From positions 72,418,001-72,482,000 of the forward strand of contig NC_086097.1 in NCBI RefSeq assembly GCF_963921235.1: a stretch of DNA of 64,000 nucleotides, given 5' to 3'. The notes under the pieces were generated by a model. It was not told where the DNA came from. It saw only the letters and a list, made by a program, of their open reading frames with translations, and did no database searches. Below are positions 39,436 through 52,601 of this stretch, in pieces. The translations under genes and the position numbers were made by a program. Source of the DNA: Mobula hypostoma. Lineage: Eukaryota. The first letter of the stretch is position 1. Every line of letters begins with the position of its first letter.

Positions 39436-40728
39436 GTCATTCAGCTGGATTTTCAATCTCCCATCTATATACTGATGCATCACCATACTTGAACATTCAT
39501 CAACAAACTTGAATATGGCATTGAAGAAACTACATGGCATCAAAAAGGGACCAGGTATCAATGGGAGAAGGAAGAAATGTTTGTAAGTTTGGTGATTGAG
39601 TAACTACTGAGAAGTTGCTCCTTTAGGACAAGAATTAAATCTATCACAATGATTTAGATGCCTTCGGGGCTGCAGTTTTCTTGGGACTGGATGTCCCAAC
39701 ACACCCAACTGCTCACATTATGTCCTTATGTGAACCTTTTAAGGCACAGTATCTCATCATACATTGTAGACCAATATTGCCTCCTACCATCTATAATCTT
39801 CCAACATAGCCAAAGCTGCTCCACTTCTTGCAGCTCCCCTTGTAGCTAATAAAGCCTTCACCATTGCACAGAATGCAGTTATAAATTTTCCCTTCCCTTG
39901 TGACCTCTGACATACTGCAATGTCACAGAAAACTTGAGATTCACATTACACATGTGCACACACCTTGCATGTTGGACTGTATGTGTATAGATATCGTGTT
40001 ATGGCCCTGTACAAAACTACTGTGAATCCTCATGCAACAAATGATACTGGAATTAACCATTGTCTTAACGAATTTTCAGGCAATTATATGATACAAAAAT
40101 AACTGGAAAGAAACACTTCCATTAATCCGGACAAGACCCTTGTTAACTTTGAGAATGCAATAGAAGTCAATTTTTAAGATTTTGTTTCATCACAGAACTT
40201 GACATTGGTGTGTCTTCGCCAGTGATGGTAATTGATAGATGGAATTTCTCATATCACTCAGCTTTTGTTTTCAAGTTATTGCATATTGATTATTTGTACC
40301 TTTTCCAATGAAAGAGTCAAGATGGTCAGTACAGCTGTTATATGAAACATTGTGGCACTTATGGTATACTTTTTTCTAGAGGCAATGGTAATGTATCCTA
40401 CAGAGTTCAATCTTCACCATTTACTATTTTGGTATTTGGCTCAATTCAGCTTTCTTTGTATGTGTTCATTAAAGTCAAAGAATATGCTCAGAGATTCAGT
40501 CTCCACAATCTAATATTTTGGCAGTTATTCAGGACTGCTATACTTTGCTGTATTAATTCCCTCAAGAGAACCTTAAGAAGGGAGTTAGCCTTGTCCTTGT
40601 GCTGTATAACTGTGGTTGAGGCACATGTAGGCATAGAAAGGGATAGCATCGTGCAACATAAAACCAGGGAGTTTGGTAATAGAGCTAAAAATACTGGATC
40701 ACTGAGATTGTAGTCTCTAGATTACACT

Positions 40729-40960
40729 TCCATGGACTCTTCATCTCAGGTTCTCAATACTTATTCATTATTATTATTTTTTTTATTTGTATTTGTACAG
40801 TTGATTGTTTTTCGCGCACCGGTTGAACACCCAGTTGATAAGATCTTTCACTGATTCTATTATGGTTTCTGGATTTATTGAATATGCCCATAAGAGAATG
40901 AATTTCATGGTTCTATATGGTGTCATATATGTACTTTGATAATGAAGTAAACTTTGAACA
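40729..40960 (+). mobile_element. 3' UTR/tail of the same Rex1/Babar-type family
   Basis: ggatttattgaatatgcccataagagaatgaatttc...atatatgtactttgataat matches the reverse complement of 38745-38825. Confidence 0.85.
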
Positions 40961-41249
40961 TCCAGTGCCATGTACAACTAAGCAAAGGGATAGAAACATT
41001 GATTCGCTGATTGTGTGGTTATGAAGATGATGTTGGAGGGAGGACTTGAGATTTTTGGATCATTAGCAATGTTTCTGGCGTAGGAGATGTTGCACCTGAA
41101 ATAGAATGGGTTCAATATGCATGGAGGAAATTTCTGAAATTGATTCTGCTGGAGTAGGATAGTCAAATATAAAAGATAAAAAAACTAGATTGCTGAGGTA
41201 GACAGAACAGACATGGGCACAATAAAGCATGTGGGAGGATGCATAATAA

Positions 41250-42580
41250 GCTAAATTGCATCTATTTTAATGCCAGAAACTTGATTGGTAAGGGCTGATG
41301 AGCTTAGAGTACTGATTACACATGGGATTACTATATTTTAGCTATCACAGAAACATGGCTGAAAGAAGGCCAGGACTGACATCCCTGTGTTTCAGGGTAT
41401 AGAATCTTCAAGCATGATTGGAGGGAAATAAAGGAGAAGGTGGTATTGCCATGATGATTATGGAGTCTTTCACTGAAATAATAAGGGATGATATCCTAGA
41501 GAAGTCTTCAATAAGATATTATGGAAAGTGATTAGAATTAAAAAAGGGGGGATGATTTTATTGGGATTATTTTACAAACCTCCCATCTTCAGCAGATTGA
41601 GAAGACATTTAGGCAAATTACAGAAAAGTGTAGCAGCAATAGGATTATCAAAGTAGAGATTTTTAACTTCCCCAATGTTAACTGGGATTACCTTAGTGCA
41701 AAATGGCTAAATGGGCTTGAATTTTAAAGTGCAGTTAGGTGAACTTCTGGTGCTAGTACATTATCAGTCCTACTAGCATAGAGATAGGGGTACTGCCAGA
41801 CCTAATCCAACAAAATGATGCTGGGCAAGTCATTGAGGTGTTGGTGGGCAAACATTTTTGAATAGCAACTATATCTCCATAAATTTACAGGTAATTATGG
41901 AAAGAGCTAAGGGTGGGTTGGAAGTTAAGGTTCTGAATTGGGGAAAGAATGATCTCAATATTTTTGGACAGAACCTGGCAAACAGAGATTGGGCAAAATT
42001 CAATAAGAAAATGTCTTTTATAAATGACAGTAATAATGAGAGTTAATGGCTGACAAGCTCTTATCAGGCTGAAAGGCAAGAATGAGAAGTCCAGGAACCA
42101 ATTGGTGTCAAGGATTTGATTAAGTAATAAAGGAAGCCCATGGAGCCACAGTGTACTGGAAATGGGGAAGCCCTTCAGAATAATAGGGTATAAGGGAAAT
42201 TAGGAGGGCAAAGAGGGGCCATGAAATATCACTGGCAGATAGGATTAAGGGATATCCCAAGGTATAGGTAGCCAGCCAGTGGTATAAATGGAATCAGCAC
42301 CAGACTTCGTGGCAAGTGGTCCCAGCTTTGAATCCGGCTGTGTTGAATGTCGAACCAGCAACTCGATGTCATAGAAACACAGGCAAAATGCTAAAGAAGT
42401 GACAAGGTGTGGAGAGGAATAACAACAACCACAGGGTATGTGTATGTGCCTTGGTATAGGTACAGTATATCAAGAACATATATATTATATTAAGGGAGAC
42501 AGTGGGCCTGTTACAGACCAAAGGAGAAACCTGTGCACGGAGTGTTACCGTGCAGTCTTAAGTAAACAGTTCACTTCGAT
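41250..42580 (+). mobile_element. Decayed CR1 ORF2 5' part (APE endonuclease), interrupted by a SINE
   Basis: LNCIYFNARNL, AITETWLKEGQD, DFNFPNVNWD, KVLNWGK. CR1-like sequence resumes after ~42470. Confidence 0.85.
42266..42430 (+). mobile_element. Short tRNA-like-headed SINE with (AAC)n tail
   Basis: A-box-like cagtggtataaatgg, B-box-like ctttgaatcc, and tail gaggaataacaacaacc. Interrupts the CR1. Confidence 0.55.
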
Positions 42581-42584
42581 AACT

Positions 42585-43450
42585 AAAAGAGGAAATGCAG
42601 AAAATACTCAGAAGGTCAGACCTCATCTGTGGGAAGAGGAATATGGAAGAGACTGAAGAAGCTTGTTAAACTGCAGGGAGGGTGGTGTAGGGTAAGTGGG
42701 GCATGATAGGTGACCACACTGAAGAACGAGCTGAGCCAATATCACAAAGTTAATGACTGATACAGACAAAGAAATCAGGTTTCCAGGGGTTGTAGAATGC
42801 ATAATTGATGCAGATGGCTGCAATGTGTCCAGATGGAAGATGAGGTAATGTTCCTCAAGCTTGCATTAGCTTTATTGTGTAGAGCAGGGAACCATAGTCC
42901 AGCAAGCCACTTGAGAGTGAGATGAAGAATTAGACTGACAGGCAGGAAGAAGCTCAGAGTTGTCCCTGCAGGTCGAAATGTAGATGCTCGTCAGAGTAGT
43001 CTAATAATCTGAGTTTGGCTTTTCAGTTTTGGAGGAGACCACATTGTGAGGACTAAATGCAGTAACTAGGTTGGAACGAATGCAAGTGAGCTGTTGCTGC
43101 ACCTGGAAAGAATGTGTTTGGGTTAGAAATGAAGAGGTGAAAGGACAAGTGTTGCAATTGTAAAGGGAAAGTACTTTTTATGAGATGGTTGATTGGAATG
43201 GAGATGTGAACCAGGGAGTTGCAAAGGCAAGAGCCCTTGCAAAATGCTGAAAAGGAGGGGTCAAGATATATGTGGTGGATGGAACCCCTCTGAAGGGAAC
43301 ATAAATTGTGGAAAGTGATCTGCTGAATGCAGACTGTTGGGTTGGAGGGTGATGGCCCAGAGAGCTCTACCCTTGTGCTGCCCCAGAGGAGAGTTGCTGA
43401 TGTAGTGAGGGAAATAGCTGAGATGTGATCGAGGGCTGTATTAACAACAA
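42585..43450 (-). mobile_element. Old Penelope-like element 3' half
   Basis: Minus ORF 43053..43520 (CIQQITFHNLCSLQ...SAFCK..LCNSLVH) resembles RIQHIILRNFRHLQ...SAFRRDRSL. Tail at ~42585-42640. Confidence 0.8.
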
Positions 43451-44034
43451 CCAGCATGGACAAAAGTGTAGGCTGATGGACCTGTTTTTGTGTAGGGTAA
43501 TAACAAAACTCTGAGTACACAGTGTTTTAAATTTTCTGTCTTTGTTTCTAGTTTTCCTTCAAATTCCTGTCATAATCTTTCTTTTTTTTCCTACATAGTT
43601 CTATTTCTCAATGGGCAGCACGTAGTGAATTATCTGATTCAATCCTTTGGGGTCACAGAAAACCTCTGCAAATAGTTTAAGCGGCAACACAAACAGGAAA
43701 ATGTTTTCAAAATGTAACATATGCAACTTTCTCTCTTATAATACATAAATTCCTTCATGCTTACCTTAATGTTGCAATGCAACAATGGGTACTTAAAGTA
43801 GAGATAAATAGACATGTCCAGTTTGTAGTGTATACTTATCAGATGCAAATGTAATTTAGGATATTTCAAAATGGAAGCCTTGAAAAGTTTTGGATATTAT
43901 TGAGTCAGATGATACACCGTACTGAGTCCACTTTAATCCACAAGCACACACTTACACCCATTCTACATTGCAACCTCATTTAGTTCCTCACATATACCCA
44001 TCGCTACCCCAATATTCTATCACCATCCTACTCT

Positions 44035-44380
44035 GGGGCAATTTACAGTAGCAAATGTTTTACCAATGAAACAAGTTGTCCTTTGTGCTTTTTTGAATGA
44101 ATGCCCCACTGTGTGATGGAGCCACACTCACATTTTAACTTCCACTTCACTTCCACTTGTACTTCCACTACTTGGCCACCTTATGCAAATTGCAAATATG
44201 GGCTAAAGCATATGCACAGCTAGTTATTGAGATTCTTGAGTGTGTTTCTGGGATGTTGAAGGAAACCAAAGCGGTTACAGGGAGAATGTGTAAAATCCAC
44301 ACAGACAGTACAATGATCGGGATACAACCTGGGTTACAGGAACTATGAGGCAACAGCTCCAGTAGCTGTACCACTGTGCA
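44035..44380 (-). mobile_element. V-SINE remnant interrupted by a ~170-bp inverted copy of nearby sequence
   Basis: ggggcaatttacagtagc ... [44072-44240] ... ctgggatgttgaaggaaacc..acagggagaatgtgtaaaatccacacagacag...taccactgtgc. Confidence 0.7.
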
Positions 44381-44853
44381 TATTTTGGTGGTTAATAGTT
44401 CGGTTGCTGAGTCAACATAATCTAAAAATTGAGTTGGTTTAAATAGAATAAGTTAATGTAGATATACAGTGTCATTCTACTATTAGCTCAGCAGACAATT
44501 CACAAAAGACCAAAAGACCTCTTAATATATAATGATGAGCATGCAGTTTTACAGACACTGGTTTATGTGAGGGGTTGCTAACTAGTTCAAGTTGCTTAGA
44601 CAGCTACCTGCAAGATTTTTTCACAACTCAGTGTCAGAGCTATTTCCACTGAATCAGCTAAAGGTTCCAAAATCAACCTTAATTGAGGGTAGTCTCGCCT
44701 CAAGAATTTAAAAAACCAACTGCATGTATACTTTGGCCCACAGTTGCAGTTTGGATAAGGTAGCCAAAAAGTGACATAAGTGGAAGTGAAAATGTGAGTG
44801 TGGCTTCATCACACAGTGGGGTATTCATTCATTGAAGCTTAGAGAACAACTTG
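44072..44853. repeat. Inverted repeat, arms 44072-44240 and 44699-44853
   Basis: tgaatgaatgccccactgtgtgatggagccacactcacatttt versus aaaatgtgagtgtggcttcatcacacagtggggtattcattca. Similarity extends from caagttgt to ttcttgag. Confidence 0.92.
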
Positions 44854-44854
44854 G

Positions 44855-47056
44855 AGTCATACAGTTATAGAACACTACAGCATAGAAACAGGCTCTTTGG
44901 TCCATCTAGACTGTGTTGAAATATTAATCTGCCTAGTCCCATCAGCCTGCACCCGAACCGGAGCCCTCCATACATCACCCATCCATGTCCCTATCCGAAT
45001 TTCTCTTAAGTGTTGAAATCGAACACACATCCATCACTTGCACTGGCAGTTCATTGCACACATTTACCACCCTGTAAGTGAAAGAAGTTACCCCTCATTT
45101 TCTTTGTAAACTTTTCACCTTTTACCATTAACCCACAACCTGTAGTTGTAGTCTCATCCAACCTCAATTTGAAAAAGTCTGCTTGCATTTACCTCTATCA
45201 AATCTTCCCCCTCCACCCCCACCAATCTTCTATGTTCTATCCAGGGAATGAAGTCTTAACCTCTTCAACCTTTCCCTGTAGCTCAGGTCCTCAAGTCCTG
45301 GCAACATCTTTATAAACTTTCTCTTCACACTTTCAATCTTATATACAACTTTCCTGAAGGTAATGACCAAAAGTGGACACAGTACCCCAAATTATGCCTC
45401 ACCAATATCTTATGCAACTTCAACATAACATCCGAACTCCTGCGCCCAATACATTGACTTATGAAGGCCAATATGCCAAAAGCTTTCTTTTTAACCCCAT
45501 CTACCTATGACACCACTTTTAAGGAATCGTGGATCTGTATTCTCTGATCCCTCTGTTCTTCCACACTCCTCGGTGCCCTACTGCTCACCACGTAAGCCCT
45601 ACCCTGGTTTGTCCTCCCAAGTTGCAACTTCTCACACTTATCTGCATTAAATTCGTTTTGCCATTGCTCAGCCCATTTTCCCAGCTGGTCCAGATCCTGC
45701 TGCAAGCTTTGATAGTCTTCCTTGCTGCCCACTGCAGCCCCATTCTTGGTGTCATCGGCAAATTTGCTGATCCAGTTTACCATGTTCTCATCCAGATTGT
45801 TGAGAAAGATGACAAACCACAATGGACCCAGTGCCGATTGCTGCAGCACTGCACTAGTCACAGGCCTCAATTCAGAGAGTGGCCATCTACAACCACTCTG
45901 GCTTCTACGAAGCCAATGTTGAATCTAATTCACTACCTCATCTTGAATGCCAAGCTACTGAACTATATTGACTAATCTCCCATGCGGGACTTTGTCAAAG
46001 TGCTTAACAAAGTCCATGTACACAACATCCTCTGCCTTGTCTTCATCAGCTTTCCTGGTAACTTCCTCAAAAAACTGAGACTTGTGAGACATGAGTCACC
46101 ATGCACAAAGCCAAGTTGACTATCCCTAATCAGTCCATATCTATCCAAATACTTGTATATTCAGTCCCCTTAGGATACCTTCCAATAATTCCCAATACTG
46201 ATGTCAGGCTCTCTGGCTGTAATTTCCTGGCTTATTCTTAGAGCCTTTCTTAAACAATGGAACAACATTAGCTATCCTCCAATCCTCTGGCACCTGTAGC
46301 CAAAGATGTTTAAAACTATCTCTGCTATAGCCCCTGCAATTTATGCATTAACCCCCCCAGAGTCTGAGGGAACCCATTGTCAGGCCCTGGAGATTTATCC
46401 ACCCAAGTTTCCCTCAGGGCGGCAAACATCTCCTCATCTATAATCTGTGTAGGGTCTATAACCTTGCTGCTGCATTGCCTCATATCTATAGGCTCTGTGT
46501 CTATTTTGTGAGTAAATACAGACACAAAGAATTCCATTTAAGATCTCCCCCATTCCTTTCGGCTCCATGTATGGATTACCATTCTCATTTTCCAGAAGAC
46601 CAATTTTGTTCCTTGTTATCCTTTTGCTCTTAATATATCTGTAGAAGACTTTGGGATTCTCCTTCACCTTGTCTGCTAGAGCAATCTCATGTCTTCATTT
46701 AGCCCTCCTGATTTCCATCTGAAGTGTTCTCTTGCAATTCTTGTACTCCTCATGTCCCCTCTTTCATTCCTGTCTGCCTATACCTGTTACGCACCTTTTT
46801 CATTTTCTTAACCAGGGCCTCAATACCTCTCGAAAATCAAGGTTCCATAAACCTGTTATTCTTGTCTTTCAGTCTGACAGGAACATACAAACTCTGTACT
46901 CTCAAAATTTCACTAACGGCTGTATTATCATAATCTCACGGACATGATCAGCACATGGAATACCGAGGCTCCATTGTTTTCGACATGATACATTTGGAGG
47001 AATTAAAGGGGAGGGAGTGTTGTTACTAGTCAGAGAAAGTGTCAGGGCAGTGCTCA
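44855..47056 (-). mobile_element. CR1 LINE (RT and 3' end) with an inverted endonuclease segment at its 5' end
   Basis: Minus peptides KENPKVFYRYIKSKR, VDKSPGPD, ISKFADDTK over 44855-46915. Plus-strand APE peptide CFRHDTFGGIKGEGVLLLVRESVRAVL at ~46940-47056. Confidence 0.9.
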
Positions 47057-48764
47057 TTCTCTTCAGTGCTGTGTTGACATGAAGGTGGAAGGTTTTGCTT
47101 TCTGTCTCTTATAAATTCCTCTGTTTATTTATGTAGAACCTTGTATGAGAATTGGTAGACTGCATTTTTGTAAGACAAACTAGAAGCAAGCAGAAAGCTA
47201 TAAATATAGAAATAGTTTGCATAGTTGCCTGGCAACCAATTATTGTGAGATGCCAATCCAATGATTAAAATGTGGCAAAACAAAATAAAATTAGATTAGA
47301 TGATATCGCTTCAAATTCTGAAGCAGTTTGCTGATATTGTATTTTTATAGTTTGATTAAGGAAAAGTTTGTAATTGTTGAGAATGATTACAGATTAGATG
47401 CATTTGGATTGAATGAAGTAGTCAGACAGGACTTCATTTAAAAGAAATAGCTGGAAGTTTGAAGATTATGATGCAAATCCCAAATGATAACTAAGGTTTA
47501 AAAATCATATTAATTCTTTGCTTAACTATGTTAGTCTGATATATAAGCAATGAATGAGTGTTACTGTTTATTAGTAAATATTCCAAAGCTACAAATTAAT
47601 TCATTTAAATTTCATATTAGAAAATGTAAGATTATGTTATTTGCTGTAGTGCATTGTTTAGCTGAGGGAAATAGGTCCTGAGATTTATATTTACATAATA
47701 TTGGCATCAATAAAATTGAGGTTTTTGGTACTTTTTGGTAAGCCAATTTGCTACATCATTGATAATTAAAAATTGAAAAGCTTATTGGAAAAGTATTGAA
47801 TTATGCATGGAAGTTAGTAGTATTTTCAGTTTTGAAGACAAATTTAAATAAAAGCTAAGTTAGCTAAAAGTCAGTGCTTACAAAAGTCTTATATAGTAGA
47901 ATACTGTACTCTTTAAAAACTAAGCACATTGGACTTTTATATATTGGCTATCATTGCTTTTAATAGTTGCCCTTCTAAGTTAGTGGTGTCACTTAAATTA
48001 ATACGCACATGACTTAAGTATTAGGTAATGGAACAGGCCATTCCTCTGTCTTTATGGAAAACAATTCTTGCAAATTTGATTTGATATGCATCTGGTGTCT
48101 TCAAACTTGTTAAATTGGGAGGGAAGTTGAACAAAGCATTGACTACAATGAATGTGTGCAGTTGTGCTTTATGGTATAAACTAAAACTCCCCAGAGAATG
48201 ATTTGACCTGGGAATATAATTTATTGTTTTGTTTGGCACTTGAACAGGATAGCTGTGTTTTTTTTCCATTCCTATTTCCATTAAAAAAACGTTGGGATGT
48301 TTGCATTTCTTAGTGCTGTGGACTTGTTCTGTAAATTTTCGGGCAGATTTTGTTGGTGAAGTTTACACTGCAGTAAAGAACATATGAGCATTTAATTAAG
48401 CTCTGAAGCTTAAATTAAGATAAAGCTCTACAAATCCTCTCAAAGTGCAAAACGTTCTGTCAATTTGGGATACCCACAGTTGTATGGGAATGTTTTACAA
48501 GCAGATTAAATCAGTCTGTACTGAATCTTTGAGCAGCTAAGGAATCTGCTGTGTGAATTGTTACACTGAGTAACTTTGATGCTCTGGAGAGAACAAAGAG
48601 TATTTTTCCAATGTAAGTTTTGAGTTGAAACTTTGATGGCTATGTGTGCTAGTACAGGGATAGGTAATCATCTAAAAAGTCACCTAGTTAAAATGGAGCC
48701 ATCCTATCTGAAATCTTGTTATAATTTACCAAATTAGTGGACAAAGGAAAGTGAATTTAGAATT

Positions 48765-49935
48765 TATTTTATTTCTTGCATCCATCTCACAACATGAGGG
48801 AGTAAAAATCTTTATGTTGCTTCTCCATTGCTATACACAAGCAATAAGCAAGGGAAATGTGGAAAGATATTACCCAAACACTAAGATTGTATATATAATT
48901 GTTTTGTATACACACATGTATAGTCAGATACAATGTACAGATGGATATGCAATCAGATCAATAAATCTGATGGCCTAGTGAAAGAAGCTGTCCTGGAGCC
49001 TATTGGTCCTGGCTTTAATGCTGCGGTACCGTTTGCCAGATGGAAGCAGCTGAAGTAATTTGTGGTCGGGGGTGGCTGGAGTCCCTGATGGTCCTCTGGG
49101 CCCTTTTTATGCACCTATAGATGTAAATATCCTGAATAGAGGAAAGTTAACATCCACAGGTTTGCTGGGCTGTCTGCATCACTCTCTGCAGTGCCCAGTG
49201 ATTGAGGGTAGTACAGTTCCCAATCCACAAGGTAACACAGCCAGTCAGAATGTTCTCGAAGGTGCCCCTGTAGAAAGTCCTGAGGATTTGGGGACTCTTG
49301 CCAAACATCTTCAGCCATCTGAGGTGAAAGAGGGGTTGTTGTGAGATCCTCGCTGATCTGTATACTGAGGAACCTGAAACTACTCGCCCTTTCAACTACA
49401 GTCCCATTGATGTCAATTGGGGCTAGTCTGTCTCCATTCCTCCTGTAATCCATGATCAACTCCTTTGTTTTTTCGACTTTGAGGAAGAGTTTGTTTTCTT
49501 AGTACCACTGTGTTAGGACGTTGACTTCTCCTTTGTAGGCTGTCTCATTGTTGCAAGTGAGGCCTATCAATGCCGTGTCATCTGCAAATTTGGTCAGCAG
49601 ATAGGAGCTGTGTTTGCTAACACAGGTTTGGGTGTATATGAAGTAGAAGAAGGGGCTCAGGACACAGCCCTGGGGGGCTCCTGTGTTGAGGGGCAGAGGT
49701 GAGGGTACCTATCTTTACTAGTCAGCAATCCAACAGGAAGTTCAGGATCTAGCTGCACAAGTTGGGGTGCAGGCTGAGGCCTCTGAGCTTCTTGTCGAGC
49801 CTGCATGGAATTATGGTGTTGAATGCTAAACTGTGGTCAAAGAACAGCCTTCTAACATAAGCATCCATCTTCTCCAAGTGAGTGAGGACAGTGTGTAGTG
49901 CTGTGGCTATAGCATCATCTTTTAATCGGTTGTAA
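48765..49935 (-). mobile_element. Rex1/Babar-type LINE fragment (RT and 3' end), decayed
   Basis: Minus strand encodes PQGCVLSPLL, KFADDTALI, VERASSFRFLSIQISEDL, ILRTFYRGTFENILTGCVTLWIGNC. Confidence 0.88.
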
Positions 49936-50289
49936 CAATTAATGTATTTTCATTTGGCACAACTAATTGGGAAAGCATAGTCAGTATAGAGTTGGAGATG
50001 ATTTCATGGGCTGAACACTGGAAAGATACTAGAGGACTGGTGTGGACTTGAGCTTGAAAGGCCTACTTACCGAGCTATGACACTACATTTGACAGCTCTT
50101 TATGACCATGTTCAACTGGAAGTATTGCAAGTTGTTAGTGAAAACCTATCCATAACTTAAGAGGCATACTAGTTAGCAATCGTTACCAAAGTGACATACT
50201 AACCTGGAAAGTACAGAAGAACTGATGGTCAGTTGGAGATATTGATCAAAGAGCCACTGGATGCTGTAGACTCCAAATAAATAAAATGT

Positions 50290-50965
50290 AGAAGAGATCC
50301 TGCAGACGCTGGAAATCCAGAGCAGCGCACAAGAAATACTGCAGGGACTCAGCAAGTCATGCAACGTCTGTCGAAATGAATGAATAGTCAATGTTTTCAG
50401 GCTGAGACTGGACAAAACAACTTTGAATAAGAGGCTAAGGCCAAGGTAATTACTTTCATTTTTTTTCTCTTTCATTATATTTGAATAGAGATTACTTACT
50501 GTCTCCAAGCCCACTTCTTCAACAAGAATTCCCCAACCAGCACCAATGATCCCTTCTTCTGTCTCAAATCCTCCTCCTCCTCTTGGACACCCCATGCTGG
50601 TTCTCTGCCTGTCCTAGATCTTTTATCTCTAATTGCTGATGAGATATCAACTGGCTCAACTTCAGCGCTCCTCTCTCGTCCTCGAAGCTTATCTCCTCTA
50701 AATGTATTGCCCTCCACCCTCACTGCACAAATCCCAACCTTACCATCAAAACATCAGAGTGTGGCAGTCTGACCGCTACCTTGCTGAGGCCACTTCCTCA
50801 GACACCTTCTCTGAAAAGGACCCCACTTCAGACCATCAGAAAACTGTTTCCAACATCATTGACCTCATCAATTCTGGAGAACTTCCATCCTCTGTCGCCA
50901 AACTTATAGTTCCCTCATCCTGCACTGCTTGCTTTGATTTCCTATCCAAGACCCACAAACTTCCT
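50290..50965. mobile_element. Penelope-like relic: inverted tail (50290-50410, minus) followed by upstream RT-region fragment (50495-50965, plus)
   Basis: Tail ctgcagacgctggaaatcc...gtcaatgttttcaggctgagac. Peptide VWQSDRYLAEA...DPTSDHQKTVSNIIDLINSGELP...FLSKTHK resembles the PLE pre-RT region. Confidence 0.75.
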
Positions 50966-51215
50966 TAATCTCTATACTTCTCTTCCCTCCTTCAAGAGTC
51001 TTTATAATCTACGAGGGAAAAGTTTGTCTCTGATATAACCGCCCTCTAATTTGTGTGAAGCTCTGATTGTTTTGTGCAGTTCCAGCTGCCCCATTACTTA
51101 CGTGCAGTCCTAATTGCCTCAGTGGAGGGAAGATGTGGAAAGGGTGCAGAAGAGGTTCACCAGGATGCTGCCTGGATTAGAGAGCATGAGCTACAGTGTA
51201 AAGAGTGATTGGACA

Positions 51216-52240
51216 CTGAGGACTACATTGGGGCTGCTTCCTGCACCCATGCTGAGCTCGTCAATTTCATCGACTTTACTTCTAAATTCCACCCAGCCCT
51301 CAAATTCACTTGGTCTATCTTGGACACTTCTCTCTCCTTTCTCGATCTCTCCCTCTCCATCTCTGGAGACAGACTGTCCACTGACATCTTCTACAAGCCC
51401 ACTGACTCTCATAACTACCTCAAGTATACCTCTTCCCACCCCGCCACATGCAAAGATGCCATTCCCTATTCCCAGTTCCTCCGTCTTCGCCGCATCTGCT
51501 CCGAGGATGAGGTTTTCCGTTCCAGGACATCTCAAATGTCTTCTTTCTTTAAAGATCGTGGTTTCCCTTCTGCTGTGATCAATGATGTCCTCACCCGCAT
51601 CTCCTCCATTTCCCGCACTTCGGCTCTCACCCCATCCTCCCACCACCACAACAGGGACAGAGTTCCCCTTGTCCTCACCTACCACCCCACTAGCCTCCGG
51701 ATCCAACACATTATCCTCCGCAACTTCCGCCACCTTCAACAGGACCCCACCACTAAGCACATCTTTCCCTCTCCACCCCTCTCCGCCTTCCGCAGGGATC
51801 GGTCCCTCCCCACGGATCTCCCACCTGGCACTTATCCCTGTAAGCGCAAGTGCTACACCTGTCCCTACACCTCCTCTCTCGCCACCATTCAGAGCCCCAA
51901 ACAGTACTTCCAAGTGAGGCAACACTTCACTTGTGAGTCTGTTGGGGTCACCTATTGCATTTGGTGCTCCCGGTGCGGCCTCCTCTACATCGGTGAAACC
52001 CGACACAGATTGGGGGACCGCTTCGTCGAGCACCTCCGCTCCGTCCGCCAAAACAGACAGGATCTCCCAGTAGCCTCCCACTTCAACTCTGCTTCCCACT
52101 CCCATTCAGATATGTCCATACATGGCCTCCTCTACTGCCATGAAGAGGCTAAACTCAGGTTGGAGGAGCAACACCTCATATACCGTCTAGGTAGTCTCTA
52201 GCCCCTTGGTATGAACATAGAATTCTCCAACTTCCAGTAA
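51216..52240 (+). pseudogene. Truncated PLE polyprotein: RT thumb plus GIY-YIG endonuclease
   Basis: ~328 open codons with LSFLDL, FYKPTDSHNYL, YPCKRKCYTC, GVTYCIWCSRCGLLYIGET..RLGDRFVEH. Begins at the RT DD-motif position (EDYIG). TAG at 52199-52201 interrupts the expected C-terminus GSL*PLGMNIEFSNFQ-stop. Confidence 0.92.
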
Positions 52241-52601
52241 TTCCCTCCCCCTCCCTTCCCCCATCACTATGTCACTCTGCCCCCTCCCCCAGCTGCCTAT
52301 CACCTCCCTCTTGGTTCCGCCTCCTTCTACTACCCATTGTGTTTTCCCTTATTCTTTCTTCACCTTTCCTGCCTATCACCTCCCTGCATCCCCTCCCCCA
52401 CCCCTTTATCTTTCCCCTTACTGGTTTTTCACCTGGAACCTACCAGCCTTCTCCTTCCCTCCCTCCCCCCATCTTCTTTATAGGGCCTCTGCCCCTTCCC
52501 TCTGCAGTCCTGACGAAGGGTTCCGGCCCAAAACGTCGACCAATCTTTTCCACGGATGCTGCCCGACCTGCTGAGTTCCTCCAGCGAGTTGTGAGTGTTG
52601 C
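51216..52601 (+). mobile_element. Young 5'-truncated Penelope-like retroelement (Neptune-like) with 7-bp TSD
   Basis: TSD TTGGACA at 51209-51215 and 52602-52608. Contains the RT C-terminus, Cys-rich linker, GIY-YIG endonuclease, pyrimidine-rich 3' UTR and hammerhead tail. Confidence 0.95.

Noticed and set aside
51191..52105. 304-aa minus-strand ORF (also 51114..51578, 51582..51917, 53665..54252)
   Set aside because: Antisense or alternate-frame shadows of the C-rich Penelope coding sequence, with no independent domain signature.
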